Part shown: positions 48,701 to 61,032 of the stretch, piece by piece | How the letters are laid out: each line of letters begins with the position of its first letter | Numbering within the stretch: the first letter of the stretch is position 1 | Source: Azolla caroliniana | Taxonomy: Eukaryota; Plantae; Polypodiophyta | Length of the DNA stretch: 64,000 bases | Reading direction: 5' to 3' | Assembly: GCA_043228905.1 (NCBI GenBank) | Contig: JBHGNT010000007.1 | Location: 12,090,001-12,154,000, forward strand | Program-made: the position numbers and the translations under genes | Notes under the pieces: generated by a model | What the model was told of the DNA's origin: nothing | What the model saw: only the letters and a program-made list of their open reading frames with translations | The model's database searches: none

Positions 48701-51405
48701 AAAGGGAAGAAGAAGGTGTCGGATTCCAGCACGGATAAGAACGAGTAAGACAGATGCGAGTCCGACTCCGAGGGAACCGGTAACGGAGACCGCGTCGACC
48801 GAGAAGGCCTCGACATCAGCTAATGTGAGATTACGCTGATCTACCCGCCATAAGAATCATGTTTTGCGGTTCGGATACAACGAGTACATGGCGCATCATT
48901 ATGCGTACATGACCCGTGTAGCGGAAGTGCGTGAGCCGGAGAGCTACGCAGAAGCAGCTAAAGACGCGAATTGGCGTGCCGCGATGGAGGAAGAGATGCA
49001 TGCATTGGCGGAGAACGAGACCTAGGACCTGGTTGACGCACCAACAGGGGTAAAACCGATCGAGTGTAGGTGGGTGTACAAGGTCAAGTACAACACGGAT
49101 GGCTCGGTCAACCGGTACAAGGCTCGGCTAGTGGCAAAGGGCTACGCGTAGAAACACGGCATCGACTACGATGAGACGTTTGTGCCGGTCGCGAAAATGA
49201 CGACCGTCCGTGTTTTGCTCGCAGTAGCTGCGGTGAAGGGGTGGCACTTACATCAGATGGATGTAAAGAATGCGTTCTTGCAAGGTGACCTTGAGGAATA
49301 GGTGTACATGGTACAACCCCCCGGATTTCACTCTAGAACGAACTCCTCGGCAATATGCCGACTGACGAAGTCCCTTTACGAACTGAAGCAAGCCCCGCAT
49401 GCTTGGAACGCAAAGATCACGCAACAACTGCGTTAGATGGGCTTCGTCACGTCAAAATCGGACTCTTCCTTGTTCATCCGGAGAGGTCGACTCGGACCGG
49501 TTAGTATTTTACTATATGTTGATGACTTGGTCATCACCGGCGCCGACCTCGGTGAAATTGACCGCGTGAAGCTCCAGGTTGCGGCATCGTTCGACATGAA
49601 GGATCTGGGGGACCTTCATTACTTCCTCGGGATCGAAGTGATCCGTACCCCCGAAGGCATATTGATCAGCCAACGTCATTACGTGCTGAGTATGCTCTTC
49701 AAATTTGGGATGGCTGACTGTAACTCCGTCTCGACTCCTCTGGACAGAACCGTCAAGCTTCGTCCCGATATGGGAAAGGTATGTGACCCGACGAGGTTCC
49801 AAAAAATTGTCGGAAGCCTCATATACTTGACCATCACCCGACCCGACCTCAGTTATCCGGTCGGAGTGATCAATCAGTTCATGGCGCGACCTACCGAGGA
49901 GCACCTCCAGTGTGCGCAACGCATACTTCGGTATGTCCACGACACTAAGGACCGGGGACAGCTATATCGGACCGGTGTAGCCATGCAGTTAGTCGGCTAC
50001 ACCGATGCTTATTGGGCTGTCAACGCCACCGATCGCCGATCCACGTCTGGATACGCGTTCTCCCTCGGGAGTGCCGCGATCACGTGGAGCAGTAAGAAGC
50101 AGCCGACAGTTGCACTGTCGAGCACCGAAGTTGAGTACCGAGGAGCGGTTGTCGCGACATGCGAAGCCATATGGTTGAAGCGGCTGCTTAGGGACCTGCA
50201 AGAGGAGGTGTCAGATCCAACGCCGATCTACTGCGACAACCTCAGCAGTATCCAGCTCGCGAAAAACTCCGTTTTCCACGCACGGACCAAGCACATTGAG
50301 GTGCACTACCATTTCGTCCGTGAGCGTATCCTTTCCAGTGAAGTCGAACTTCAGTACGTTCCGACGGATCGGCAGACTGCCGACATCTTCACCAAGCCTC
50401 TTGGTCTGGACAAGTTGCGGCAATTCTCAGGTGCGCTCGGATTGCGTCACCTCGACGTGCCAAACTTGAGGGGGAGAATAGTCCCGAACGACCAAGCAAG
50501 GCAGTAGGAAAGGAGCAGAGACCGTGACACCGAGTCGGTTGACTCTGTTGGCAAGTTGGACTCCGAATCGGCTGAAGAAGCCGAGGGCGGACCCGCGGAA
50601 AATTCTGGAAGCGGACAGAAGGGGAGCAACCAAAGGAGAGAGCCGAAGCCAACCACGCTTGGGGAAGATGACACCACCGAGGGCGAGAAGACCGAAGACG
50701 AGTTGGAGACAACCAACTCGGACGAGAGCGAAAACCGATCGGAGGTAGCCGAGTCAGTTCGGATGTTTGATTCAGATACGTTGAATCAACCGAGGCCCAA
50801 GCGGAAGAAAAGGCAGCAGGAGAAGTTTCAACGCCACAACAACAGAAGAGCTTATAAGGGCCACAAGAGTAGACAAGCCGACCGGAAGGGTCGAAGCGCG
50901 CGGAGTCAAACAGGCCGTGGAGCGCGAGCGAGGCATGAAGCCAGGAGGAACCGACGCTTTGAGCCCGAAGATCCCGAAAAGCCTCAAGTTGAGCTTGAGG
51001 GGGAGTGTTGAGAGACAAGCTCAACATCGGCCGGATCGGCTGAAGAAGCTGAGGACCGGATCGGTTGGGACCGATCGGTTAGGCCGAGTGCGTAAACCGG
51101 GAGGCCGTTAGGAAAGATATTCCGTGAGGAATATATCTAGGAGTTAGTGTAGGAGCTCTTAATGAGTACAGAAGTACTGTCAGTACTTCGGTCAGTCCTT
51201 CTAGGACTTGTATAAAGGTGTTCATTGAACACACATATGTATAGTGTGGTGAATAGAGTGTTGAATATAGTTCTTGTGGTTTTCCTCTCTCTTACTCTCT
51301 CTGTCTCTCCCGTGTATACTGCGTAAAGCTCAAGCTCTCCATTAAACCTGAGCGTTCTTCCTTTTGTTCAGTCTTCATACTTGCATCCGCACGCTACTTT
51401 CTACA
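45760..51405 (+). mobile_element. Full-length decayed Ty1/Copia (family 2)
   Basis: 400-bp LTRs 45760-46159 and 51006-51405. TSD GAGAC. PBS TGGTATCAGAGC at 46160. PPT to 51005. gag-pol from 46232. Confidence 0.97.
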
Positions 51406-53157
51406 GAGACGAATTGTGGTCCACGGTCGCTAATGATACTATCGGGAAGGCCATGATGCCGACATACTTCACACATGACAGTTTCGGCGGTATCCTCACT
51501 AGAGATTTCCTTAGTACATGGCAGGCAATGGGCCATCTTCGTATATCGATCTACTATTGTTAAGATCGCATCGAATCCCTTAGAGACCGGAAGAGGAATA
51601 GATGGCTACGGCTTGCTTGGAATTGGTAATGGTTCTAATAAACCATATGGATGATGCCTTGGCATTTTTGCTCTGCAACATGTATCACAAGTCCAAACAA
51701 AATCTTCGACAAATTGTTGCATATGGGGCCACTAGAATGATCATTGTACTAAATCTAATTTTTTAGTACTATCAAAATGTCGAGTTGTATATGTGTCATG
51801 ACCGTTTTAGACTACTCGAAGGCAACAAGAACCATTAGGAACATACAAGATTTTCTTAAAGATTAGTAATCCATCATGACATTCGAATTGTCGATAGTCC
51901 GTACCTAGTTGTTGCGACGATTATGAACAAGATGCTTGAGAGGGATCAATTTGTGCTAGAATGGCTTGAGCAAAAAAATCTATCTTCACGTCCTCACGTA
52001 TGGTATCGATAACGTGGGAATCCAAGGGCATACCGAAGACCTGCATTGCCTGCAGTCGTGCTGGTCCCAGGATTACTTCCTTTTGGTTATCGAAAGCTGG
52101 CTCGCGAGGATGCGGTGCTAGATATGAGCGTCGTGATAATGCATCTGCCTTCCCTTGTTGCTTACGCGGACGATATGTAGTTTTGAAGTCGAAACGAGTG
52201 AGGAATTGGGGCACACTAAGCTTGATGTCGATTTAGCACACGAGCATTCTAGTAGTAGGCAAGGTTTTTGTGATCACTGAATACGGTGACTGAATGAGAA
52301 GATCCCTCTAGAAAATGCCTCCATTGCGTAAAAGAGTCCACTATTGCTAATAGCTCCTTATCATGAATTTCATAGTTGATTTCGGCAGCGTCAAACTTGC
52401 GTGAGTGGAAAGCCACAAGATGGAGCTTTTCATCACCGCCTTGTTGTGACAGAATGTTACCCAACGCGAAATCCGACACGTCTGCTTCGATGGTGAATGG
52501 TTTCTTCGAATCAACATGAGCCAGAATAGGAGCTGATGTAAATGCCTTCTTAAGACCCTCAAAAGCTATGTCTACTTCTTCAGACCAAATGAACGATTGT
52601 CCCTTCCTGGTGATCTGTGTGAGAGGCAGAACAAGGTTTGAGTAATCTTGTATAAATTTGTAGTAGAAATTTGCAAATCCTAAAAAGCATTGCACATCTC
52701 ACAATGAACGCGGAGTCTGCCACTCTACCACCGTTTTGAACTTAAGTAGATCCATGGAGATGAGTTCTAAGGAAATGATAGCCCAGAAATTCTACGTGGT
52801 TGCACTCAAAACTACATTTTTCTAGCTCCTCGTAAGTCGTTCTTTGTGAAGAACCTTGCACCATTGATCCATTCTAAAAGACTTGAGATAAGGGGAAGTG
52901 CGTACCTATTCCTAAGGGTGATCTTATTCAAGCCACGGTAATCTACGACGAGACGAAGTGATCCATCCTTTTTCTTGACGAAGAAAATGGATGCGCCGGC
53001 TGGAGATTTCGAATGTCGAATGAAACCATAAATGCCAAATTTTCCTCTATATAGGCTCAAAGGACTTCCCCATGGTGGCTCTTTTCCCGGTTGTAAATCG
53101 ATGGGGCAATCATATGGTCGATGGTGAGGAAGTGTATTGGCTTGTACTTTATCGAAC

Positions 53158-53547
53158 TGTTGAGAATCAAGCTCAACTTGGTCTAGTGTGTGAACTCACC
53201 TTGAGAGTGAATAAACACTCCAACGATCAAGAGTGACCACTATGTCACCACTTTGTATTCTAGCATTTAGTATGAGTCATAGAATCATATTCTATGACAC
53301 ATAACTTATGAGCTTTCACATTCCCCATGCTCCATGAGTCTTGTGGTTAATGAAGAGAGAGGGTGACTATATAAAGCACCCTCCTCCCACTTTGTATAAT
53401 GTTGAGTCTTTCTCCTTTGTTAATATACTCTTACCTTGCGTATTCTGTGTCTTATTCCTTGTCTCTCTCTCACTCTCTCTCTGTCTCATACACACACATA
53501 ACTCATATCTCTTCCACTTCACAAGAATCCATATCCGATTCTTTACA
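53158..53547 (+). mobile_element. Solo Copia-type LTR
   Basis: TGTTGAGAATCAAGCTCAAC start resembles family 2 LTRs. Ends TTTACA. TSD CGAAC/TGAAC. TATAAA near 53370. Confidence 0.85.
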
Positions 53548-54521
53548 TGAACAAATTGGCATAATGACAATACTTCTCTAGAAGTTGAACGGTGGACTCC
53601 TCTTTAGTGGTGTTGGAGGGTTCTATTGATATTGCGAAGAGAAACATTTCTTCCTTGAGTCTTCCTCAGGCAACTGATGTAGCGAAATAGTTGCAATCTT
53701 ATGAGTAGATGCTTGGGTTTGCCAATACTAGATTTCCCTTGTTCTCCAATCTATGTCTGGGTAATGTAATTTGAACCATGGTAATCCCAAAACAATAGGA
53801 TAGTCTGGGATACTAATTATATTAAAGGATACTACACACGCTAAATTATCTAGGACAATATTAACGGGCTTTGACTCTTCTATGATATTTCTGGAAGCAA
53901 TGGGACCACCATCAATGACTATTACAAAGGCTGGACACGGGAGTTTTCTTAGGGATATTTGATGAGTTGCCTACTAAACCCACTCGTGATGCATCGGTGG
54001 GATATCGGGAAGGATGCATTTGAATGACTAATCGTACCTAATTAAGGAATCCTCTAAACTGCGATCGCGTTCCATCAAATTTCATGGGAAGGCCAATCTT
54101 GGATTCTTTATGAACCCCTTGCATACTGGGTCCTTGTTGCATCGTGACTATGGTTTCTTCGAGCTGTTGCACACGTAACGCTAGTTCCCCATGTTGTTGT
54201 TACGTTTGCTGCTTCTCTAAGGAGATTTGTTGAAGCTCCCCCAACAGTCGTTGATTTTCTTGTTCCAATGCGACAAACTTCTCTTTCAAGCATTGCAACT
54301 CTGAAAAAACGGATTGATATTCTTGAGCGCTAATAGTGGCCATAGTATGAGACAAAAGAGGAATAAGAGATTAGTATGAATGGAGGGAGAAGTAAGAAGA
54401 TAAAGGAAGAGAAGGGGACCAAAATCGGTTCAAACTGTGAGGAATAGTACTAAGATAGAGAAGTATTGTCAGGAACAGTACTAAGATACGGAATTAGTAC
54501 TAAAAGATTAGGATTAGTACT

Positions 54522-57500
54522 TGTTGAGAGACAAGCTCAACATTCGTGCGTAATACGATGCGTAACCCAGTGTGTAGACTGGGTCCGTAAATCGGTACAC
54601 ATAACATGGCCGTATCGGTGTGAAAACCGCGAGGCCATTGGGAAGTTATTCCTTGTAAGGAATAATTTTGGGAGTTAGTGTAGTAGGCTCATTTATGAGT
54701 GGTCAATTACTGTCAGTACTTGTGTCAGCCCTATTGTCAGGGCTTGTATAAAAGGTGGTCACTGAGCACAGTTTATGTACATATTGAGTATTATTTTGAA
54801 TTGAGTGTCTGTGTGTTCTCTCTCTTTGTCTCTCCCGCGTACTGTGTATATTCAAACTCTCCATTAAACGTGCGTATTTTCTGTGTTCGGTTTTCTATTG
54901 CTTCCGCACATAATCTTTTTCATGGTATTAGAGCGCGAGGGTTGAGAACCTCTGCAACTGACATAGCTTGAAAAGAAAACTAACCAAGAAGAACAGGAAA
55001 AACAAAATGGATAGAGGCATGGCTAGCTCGCTTCCTACCGAGAAGCTCGACAGAAACAACTACACGTCTTGGTCCTACAAGATGCACCAGTACCTGCTCG
55101 GGCACGGTTACTGGAGCCATGTTGACGGAGCAAATAACACAGCACCCGAATCGATACACAGAGATTTCCCGGCGTGGGAATAGTTGATGAGCAGAGTACT
55201 GTACTGCTTCGCGTCTTGTGTGGGCGAACAACTCCTGAGCTATATTCGGGATGCAAAAACACCAAAGGATGCTTGGGGAAATCTGAAGAAGATCTTCGCC
55301 GCAAGCACCACAGCCAGGAACCTTCAACTCCGACATGAGCTGAGCAATTTACGACAACGCAACTTGTAGGTGGGTGATTACACCTCGAAGATCAAAGAGA
55401 TATGCGACTCCTTAGCCTCTATCGATGTGAACGTCGAGGATGGCGAGATGGTGCAAATCTGTCTCGGGGGACTGGCATTGAAGTTCGGAGCGTTCCAAAC
55501 TGCTATGTGTACACGGGAGAATATGCCGTCGTTTTTCGACTTACAGTCGATGCTCCTTATAGAGCAAAACCACGCAGGTGCGTCGACAAGTACGCATGCC
55601 GACAACAAGATGTTGTACACGGAGGGAGATAGGCCCAGTTGTCATGGCGGACGAGGCTAGTCAGCATGCAATAGAGGTGGCCGACGGGATCAAGGAAGAA
55701 GGCACCGAAGTGATGCCGACAGCAATTCTGGACGCTCCAGAAATAGGGGGAGTGAAGGCGATGAGAACCGGCAAGGGAAATCTGTCGCGGAATGCTGGTA
55801 TTGTGGCAAAAAAGCCCACAAGGAGAGCGAGTGCTGGAAGAAGCGCGCCGATTTGGAGAGGATTGGATCTAGATCAGGTTCTGGACAGACCGACAAAGGA
55901 AATCGGCAGCGATCGCACTATGCCGAAGGATCTAGAAAATGGTCAGTCTTCGTGACAAGACACGAAGCAAACTCGATGAAGAAGATCACCCTAAAGTCGA
56001 ACAAGGTGTGGTACGTCGACTCCGGCGCATCAAACCACATGACGTGCCACAAGGAGTGGTTCTCGTACCTGGAAAAACCGATGCAACCGGGAGTAGTCGC
56101 AACCGGAGACGACACTCGACATCCGATCACGAATGTCGGTGAAGTTCCCTTGAGCCATGTCGGGAAGAAAGGGAAACTTATGAACGTGTTACACATCCCG
56201 ACAATCACGAAGAATCTGGTGTCGGTCGGGCAGATCGTCGACCAGGGGATGCAAGTCCGGTTCACGCATCTTGGGTGCTTCATCGAGGAAGAAGGCCGAG
56301 TTATTGCGCAAGGGTGTAGAGACGGGAGGATGTTTATCCTTGACTATAGTGACGGTGGCACCACAATGTTCACGAAAGGAGAAAAAGTCGAGTTGGATAT
56401 CAACTTATGGCACAAGCGGATAGGCCACGTCAACTATCAACGGCTTCAAGACCTGCAATTGAAACAGGTGGTGTTCGGATTGCCCAAATTTAGTGGCCGG
56501 AAGGCATGAATTTGTGAAGTCTACAAGCTAGGGAAGCAACACTGACTTCCTTTCCTTAACGAGCGTAACCGGAGTCGGAACAAGCTCGACTTGATACATT
56601 CCGATGTATGGGGCCCGGCACAAAACGTTAATCTTGGCGGAAGTCGATATTTTGTTTCCTTCATCGACGACTATACGCGGCACACGTGGATCTACCTCAT
56701 CGAGAAGGAGAGTGAAGTCTTCGACTATTTCCGGGACCTCAATGGGTTCGTGGAAATGGAAACAGGACGAAAGATCAAGTGCTTGTGGTCGGATGGCGGA
56801 AAAGAGTAGTTCTCCGATCAATTCAACGGATATCTGCAACAGATGGGAATTCGGCGCGAATTCAGTTGTAGATACACGCCGGAGCAAAACGGCGTGGCCG
56901 AGAGGAAAAACCGGTCAATTGTAGAAGCGGCACGGACAATGCTAGAGGAGAAGAGCTTGCCCAAGTTCTATTGGGACGAGGCAGTACAAACTGCGGTGTA
57001 CATTCAGAATCGGATCGGAGAAAAAGTGTCAACGCATGAGCTGTTTTTCGGAAGGAAGCCGAATTTGCGACACTTGAGAGTTTTCGGTAGCATTGTATAT
57101 GTGCATGTGCCGAAGGAGAAATGGAGGAAGTTGGACGTGAAAGCTGAGAAGTGTATCTTCGTCGGTTATTCAGACGAGCAGAAGGGCTATAAGTGTTATA
57201 ACCCTTGCACCAAACAAGCGCGCGTGAGCCGCGACGTCACCTCTAATCCGAGTTCTGATGATGAGGTCAGCGAGGCCAAGATGCCTCCGGATGAGCCTGA
57301 AATCGGGACCCGCGAAGAGAGTCTGATTTCTTTTCGGTTAAGCGGACTGGATGGACAACTGAGTCAGTTCGACCAGTCTGATGAAGAGTCGGCGAGTAGT
57401 GGAGACTCGGACGTCCATTCCCTACGAAGGAAGCCGAGGAGACGGCTTACGCGCAAGGAAAAAGGGAAGAAGAATGTGTCGGATTACGGCTCGAATAAGA

Positions 57501-60149
57501 ACGAGTCGAATCGATGCGTGTACGACTCCGAGCGAAGTCCGCGTCGGCTAAGATAGCCTCAACATCGGCTAATGAGCAATTGTGTGGAAGACCCTAAACC
57601 CTACCTGCCAGAAGAACCCTGTTGTGCAGTTCGGATACAATGAGTACATGGCGCATCACTATGCGTACATGACCCACGTAGCGGAAGTGCGTGGGCCGGA
57701 GAGCTATGCAGAAGCGGCGAAGGACGCAAATTGGCGCACCGCAATGGAGGAAGAGATGCACGCATTAGAGGAGAAGGAAACCTGGGACCTGGTTGACGCA
57801 CCGAAAGGTGTGAAGCCGATTGGATGTAGGTGGGTGTACAAGGTCAAGTACAACACTGACGGCTCGGTCAACTGATACAAGGCCCGGTTAGTAGCGAAAG
57901 GCTACGCGTAGAAACACGACATTGACTACGATGAGACGTTTGCGTTGGTCACGAAGATGACGACCGTCCATGTTTTGCTCGCGGTACTGCAACAAAGGGG
58001 TGGCATTTACATCAGATGGATGTAAAGAATGCATTCCTGCAAGGTGAGCTTGAGGAACAGGTGTACATGGTACAGCCCCCCGGATTTCACTCCGGAACGA
58101 ACACCTCGGCGGTGTGTCGATTGAAGAAGTCCCTTTATGAACTAAAGCAAGACGCACCTGCCTAGAACACGAAGATCACGCAACGATTGCGTTGGTTGGG
58201 CTTTGCGACGTCAAAATCGGACTCCTCACTGTTCATCCGGAAAGGTCGACCCGGGCCGGTTAGCATTTTACTTTATGTTGATGACTTGGTCATCACCGGC
58301 GCCGACCTAGGTGAGATTGACCGCGTGAAGCTCCAGCTTGCGGCATCATTCGACATGAAGGATCTGGGGGACCTTCATTACTTCCTCGGGATCGAAGTGA
58401 TCCGCACCTCCAAAGGCATACTGATCAGCCAACGACATTACGTGCTGAGTATGCTCTTCAAATTTGGGATGGCTGACTGTAAGTCCGTCTCGACTCCTCT
58501 CGATAGAACCGTCAAGCTTCGCCCTGATTCTGGAAAGGTATGCAACCCGATGAGGTTCCGACAGATAGTCGGAAGCCTTATATACTTGACCATCACCCGA
58601 CCAGATCTCAGCTACCCGGTCGGGGAGATTAGTCAGTTAATGGCGTGACCAATCAAGGAGCACCTTTAGTGCGCACAATGCGTACTCCGGTACGTGAGTG
58701 GCACTAAGGACCGGGGGCTACTATATCGGACCGATACTGCCACATAGTTGGTCGGTTACACCGATGCTGATTGGGACGGAAACGCTGTCGATCGCCGATC
58801 CACGTCTGGTTTCACGTTCTCTCTTGGGAGTGTTGCGATCGCGTGGAGTAGCAAGAAGCAGCCGACATTTGCGTTGTCAAGCACCGAAACCGAGTATCGA
58901 GGAGCGGCTGTCGCGACATGCGAAGCCATATGGTTGAAGCGACTACTTAAGGACCTACAAGTGGAGGTATCCGTTCCAACGACAATCTACTCTGGTAACC
59001 TCCGCAACATCCAGCTAGCTAAGAACCTCGTCTTCCATGCGCGGACTAAGCACATTGAGGTGCACTACCATTTCGTCTGTGAGCGTGTTCTCTCCGGTGA
59101 AATCGAACTTCAATATGTTCCAACGAATCGGCAGAACGCCGACATCTTCACCAAGCCTCTTGGTCTGGAAAAGTTGCGGCAATTCTCGGGTGCGCTTGGG
59201 TTGCGTCACCTCGACGTGCCGAACTTGAGGGGGAGAGACGTCCATGATGACCACGGAAGGAAGCAAGAAAGGAGCGGAAAAGACTGTGACACCGAGTTGG
59301 ATGACGAATTCGATTTCGGATCGGCTGAAGAAACCGAGGGCGGATCCGCGGAAGAGTCCGAAAGCGGACATAAGGGGAGTAGTCGAAAGAAAGAGCCGAA
59401 GCCAACCTAGCGTGGGGGAGACGAAGCCATCAAGGGCGAGAGGACCGAAGACGACTTGGAGATAGCCTACTCGGACGAGAGTGAAAACCGATCGGAGGAA
59501 GCCGAGTCGGTTCAAATGTTTGATTCGGATACGTTGAATCAACCAAGGGCCAAGCGGAAGAGAAGGCGGCAGAAGAGGCGCCAACACCGCAACCGCAAGG
59601 AAGCTCAGAAGGGCCGTGTAAGCAAACAAGCCGACCGGAAGGGTCGAGGTGCGCGGAATTGAACGGGTCGAGGAGTGTGAGCGAGGCGTGACACCAGAAG
59701 GAACCAGAGCGTAGATCCGGCAGAGTAGGTGGAACCTCAAGTTGAGCTTGAGGGGGAGTGTTGAGAGACAAGCTCAACATTCGTTCATAATACGATGCGT
59801 AACCTAGTGCGTAGACTGGGTGCGTAAATCGGTACACATAACATGGCCGTATCGGTGTGAAAACCGCGAGCCATTGGGAAGTTATTCCTCGTAAGGAATA
59901 ATTTTGGGAGTTAGTGTAGTAGGCTCATTTATGAGTGGTCAAGTACGGTCAGTACTTGTGTCAGCCCTATTGTCAGTACAGGTGTTCATTGAGCATAGTG
60001 TATGTACAGATTGAGTATTATTTTGCATTGACTTTCTGTGTGTTCTCTCTCTCTGTCTCTCCCGCATATTGTGTATATTCAAACTCTCCATTAAACCTGC
60101 GTATTTTCTATGTTCAGTTTTCTATTACTTCCGCACATAATCTTTTTCA
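54522..60149 (+). mobile_element. Full-length decayed Ty1/Copia (family 2, divergent subfamily) inside a Gypsy 5' LTR
   Basis: LTRs 54522-54922 and 59759-60149. TSD GTACT. PBS TGGTATTAGAGC at 54923. PPT to 59758. Confidence 0.96.
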
Positions 60150-61032
60150 GTACTAAGGGAGGTGTAGAACTCTCGAGAGAAGGAAAGAGTGAGTGAGTGA
60201 GAGAGAGAGAGAGAATGATGATAATAAAAGATATATATTATGTTAAGAGAATATGTAACAATAGTAGCTAAGAGGCTTAAGATTGGCGTTGAACCGATTT
60301 GGTTCGAAATAATGGCTTGTGCCTCCTTTTATAGTGCTCTTAGGAGTACTCCTAAAGTTTCTAGAATGTTCTAGAGAAATTTGGAATATACATCAATTTT
60401 CTATAGTAAAACTTAAATGAAAATAATATTCTTCATATTATAACATATAGTTTAATGGTCAAGAGCGTGACCCATGTAACATAAGGTCACAGGTTCGAGT
60501 CTTGCCATATCATGACAAGGTGCAAGCGGACTGTCGTAATTGGGCAGAATTCAAGGAGCGGCTCATCATAACTTACGGATTCGACGACTTTCTCCGGCTC
60601 TCAAAGAAGGAATTTATGGATTGGTTCGAGAGCCCCAACAAGGGACGAAATACGTCGGCGCTGCTTCAGGAATCTAAGAAGCGGTTCACGTGACTCTTGA
60701 CACTAGACCGGACCGTGCTCGATACGAGCAAGGTCCCGTTCTTTGTGAAGTCAGTCGACATGTTCGACCGCGAGAAGGTGGGTGTCCTCTTGGAGACGGA
60801 TGAGGGTCTCACGACCAACTACACAATGGTTAAAAGAGTTTGTAGCCATTTCGAAAAACGGCGTGATTGGAACGATACAGGGTCGTTGACGATCAGCCCG
60901 AGAGAACCCCAACGAGGGACCGAATACGGTAGCGCTACTTCAGGAGTCCGAGAAGCGGTTCACACGACTCGTGACGCTAGACCAGACCGTGCTCAATATG
61001 AGCAAGGTCCTATTGTTTGTGAGGTGGGTTGA

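Larger units (their letters stand above)
45155..60517 (-). mobile_element. Tf1/Tcn1-like Gypsy chromovirus with three nested insertions and a 3' internal deletion
   Basis: TSD AGGTG (45150-45154 and 60518-60522). 5' LTR 54436-54521 plus 60150-60517. Partial 3' LTR 45155-~45462. RT (FFVKKKDGSLRLVVDYRGLN), RNase H (YEIHDKELLAI), integrase (SSGYHP.TDGQ). Confidence 0.9.
37961..61032 (+). mobile_element. gag: Phygy/Selgy-like host element: 5' LTR (~37961-38410 plus 44686-44851), PBS and split gag
   Basis: LTR end CATGACA at 44851 followed by TGGTGAACCCAACATGA. Gag LDRAIEAIVGTIDRFN...AEVLEV resumes as QADCRNWAEFKERL after 60517. Left boundary approximate. Confidence 0.78.
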
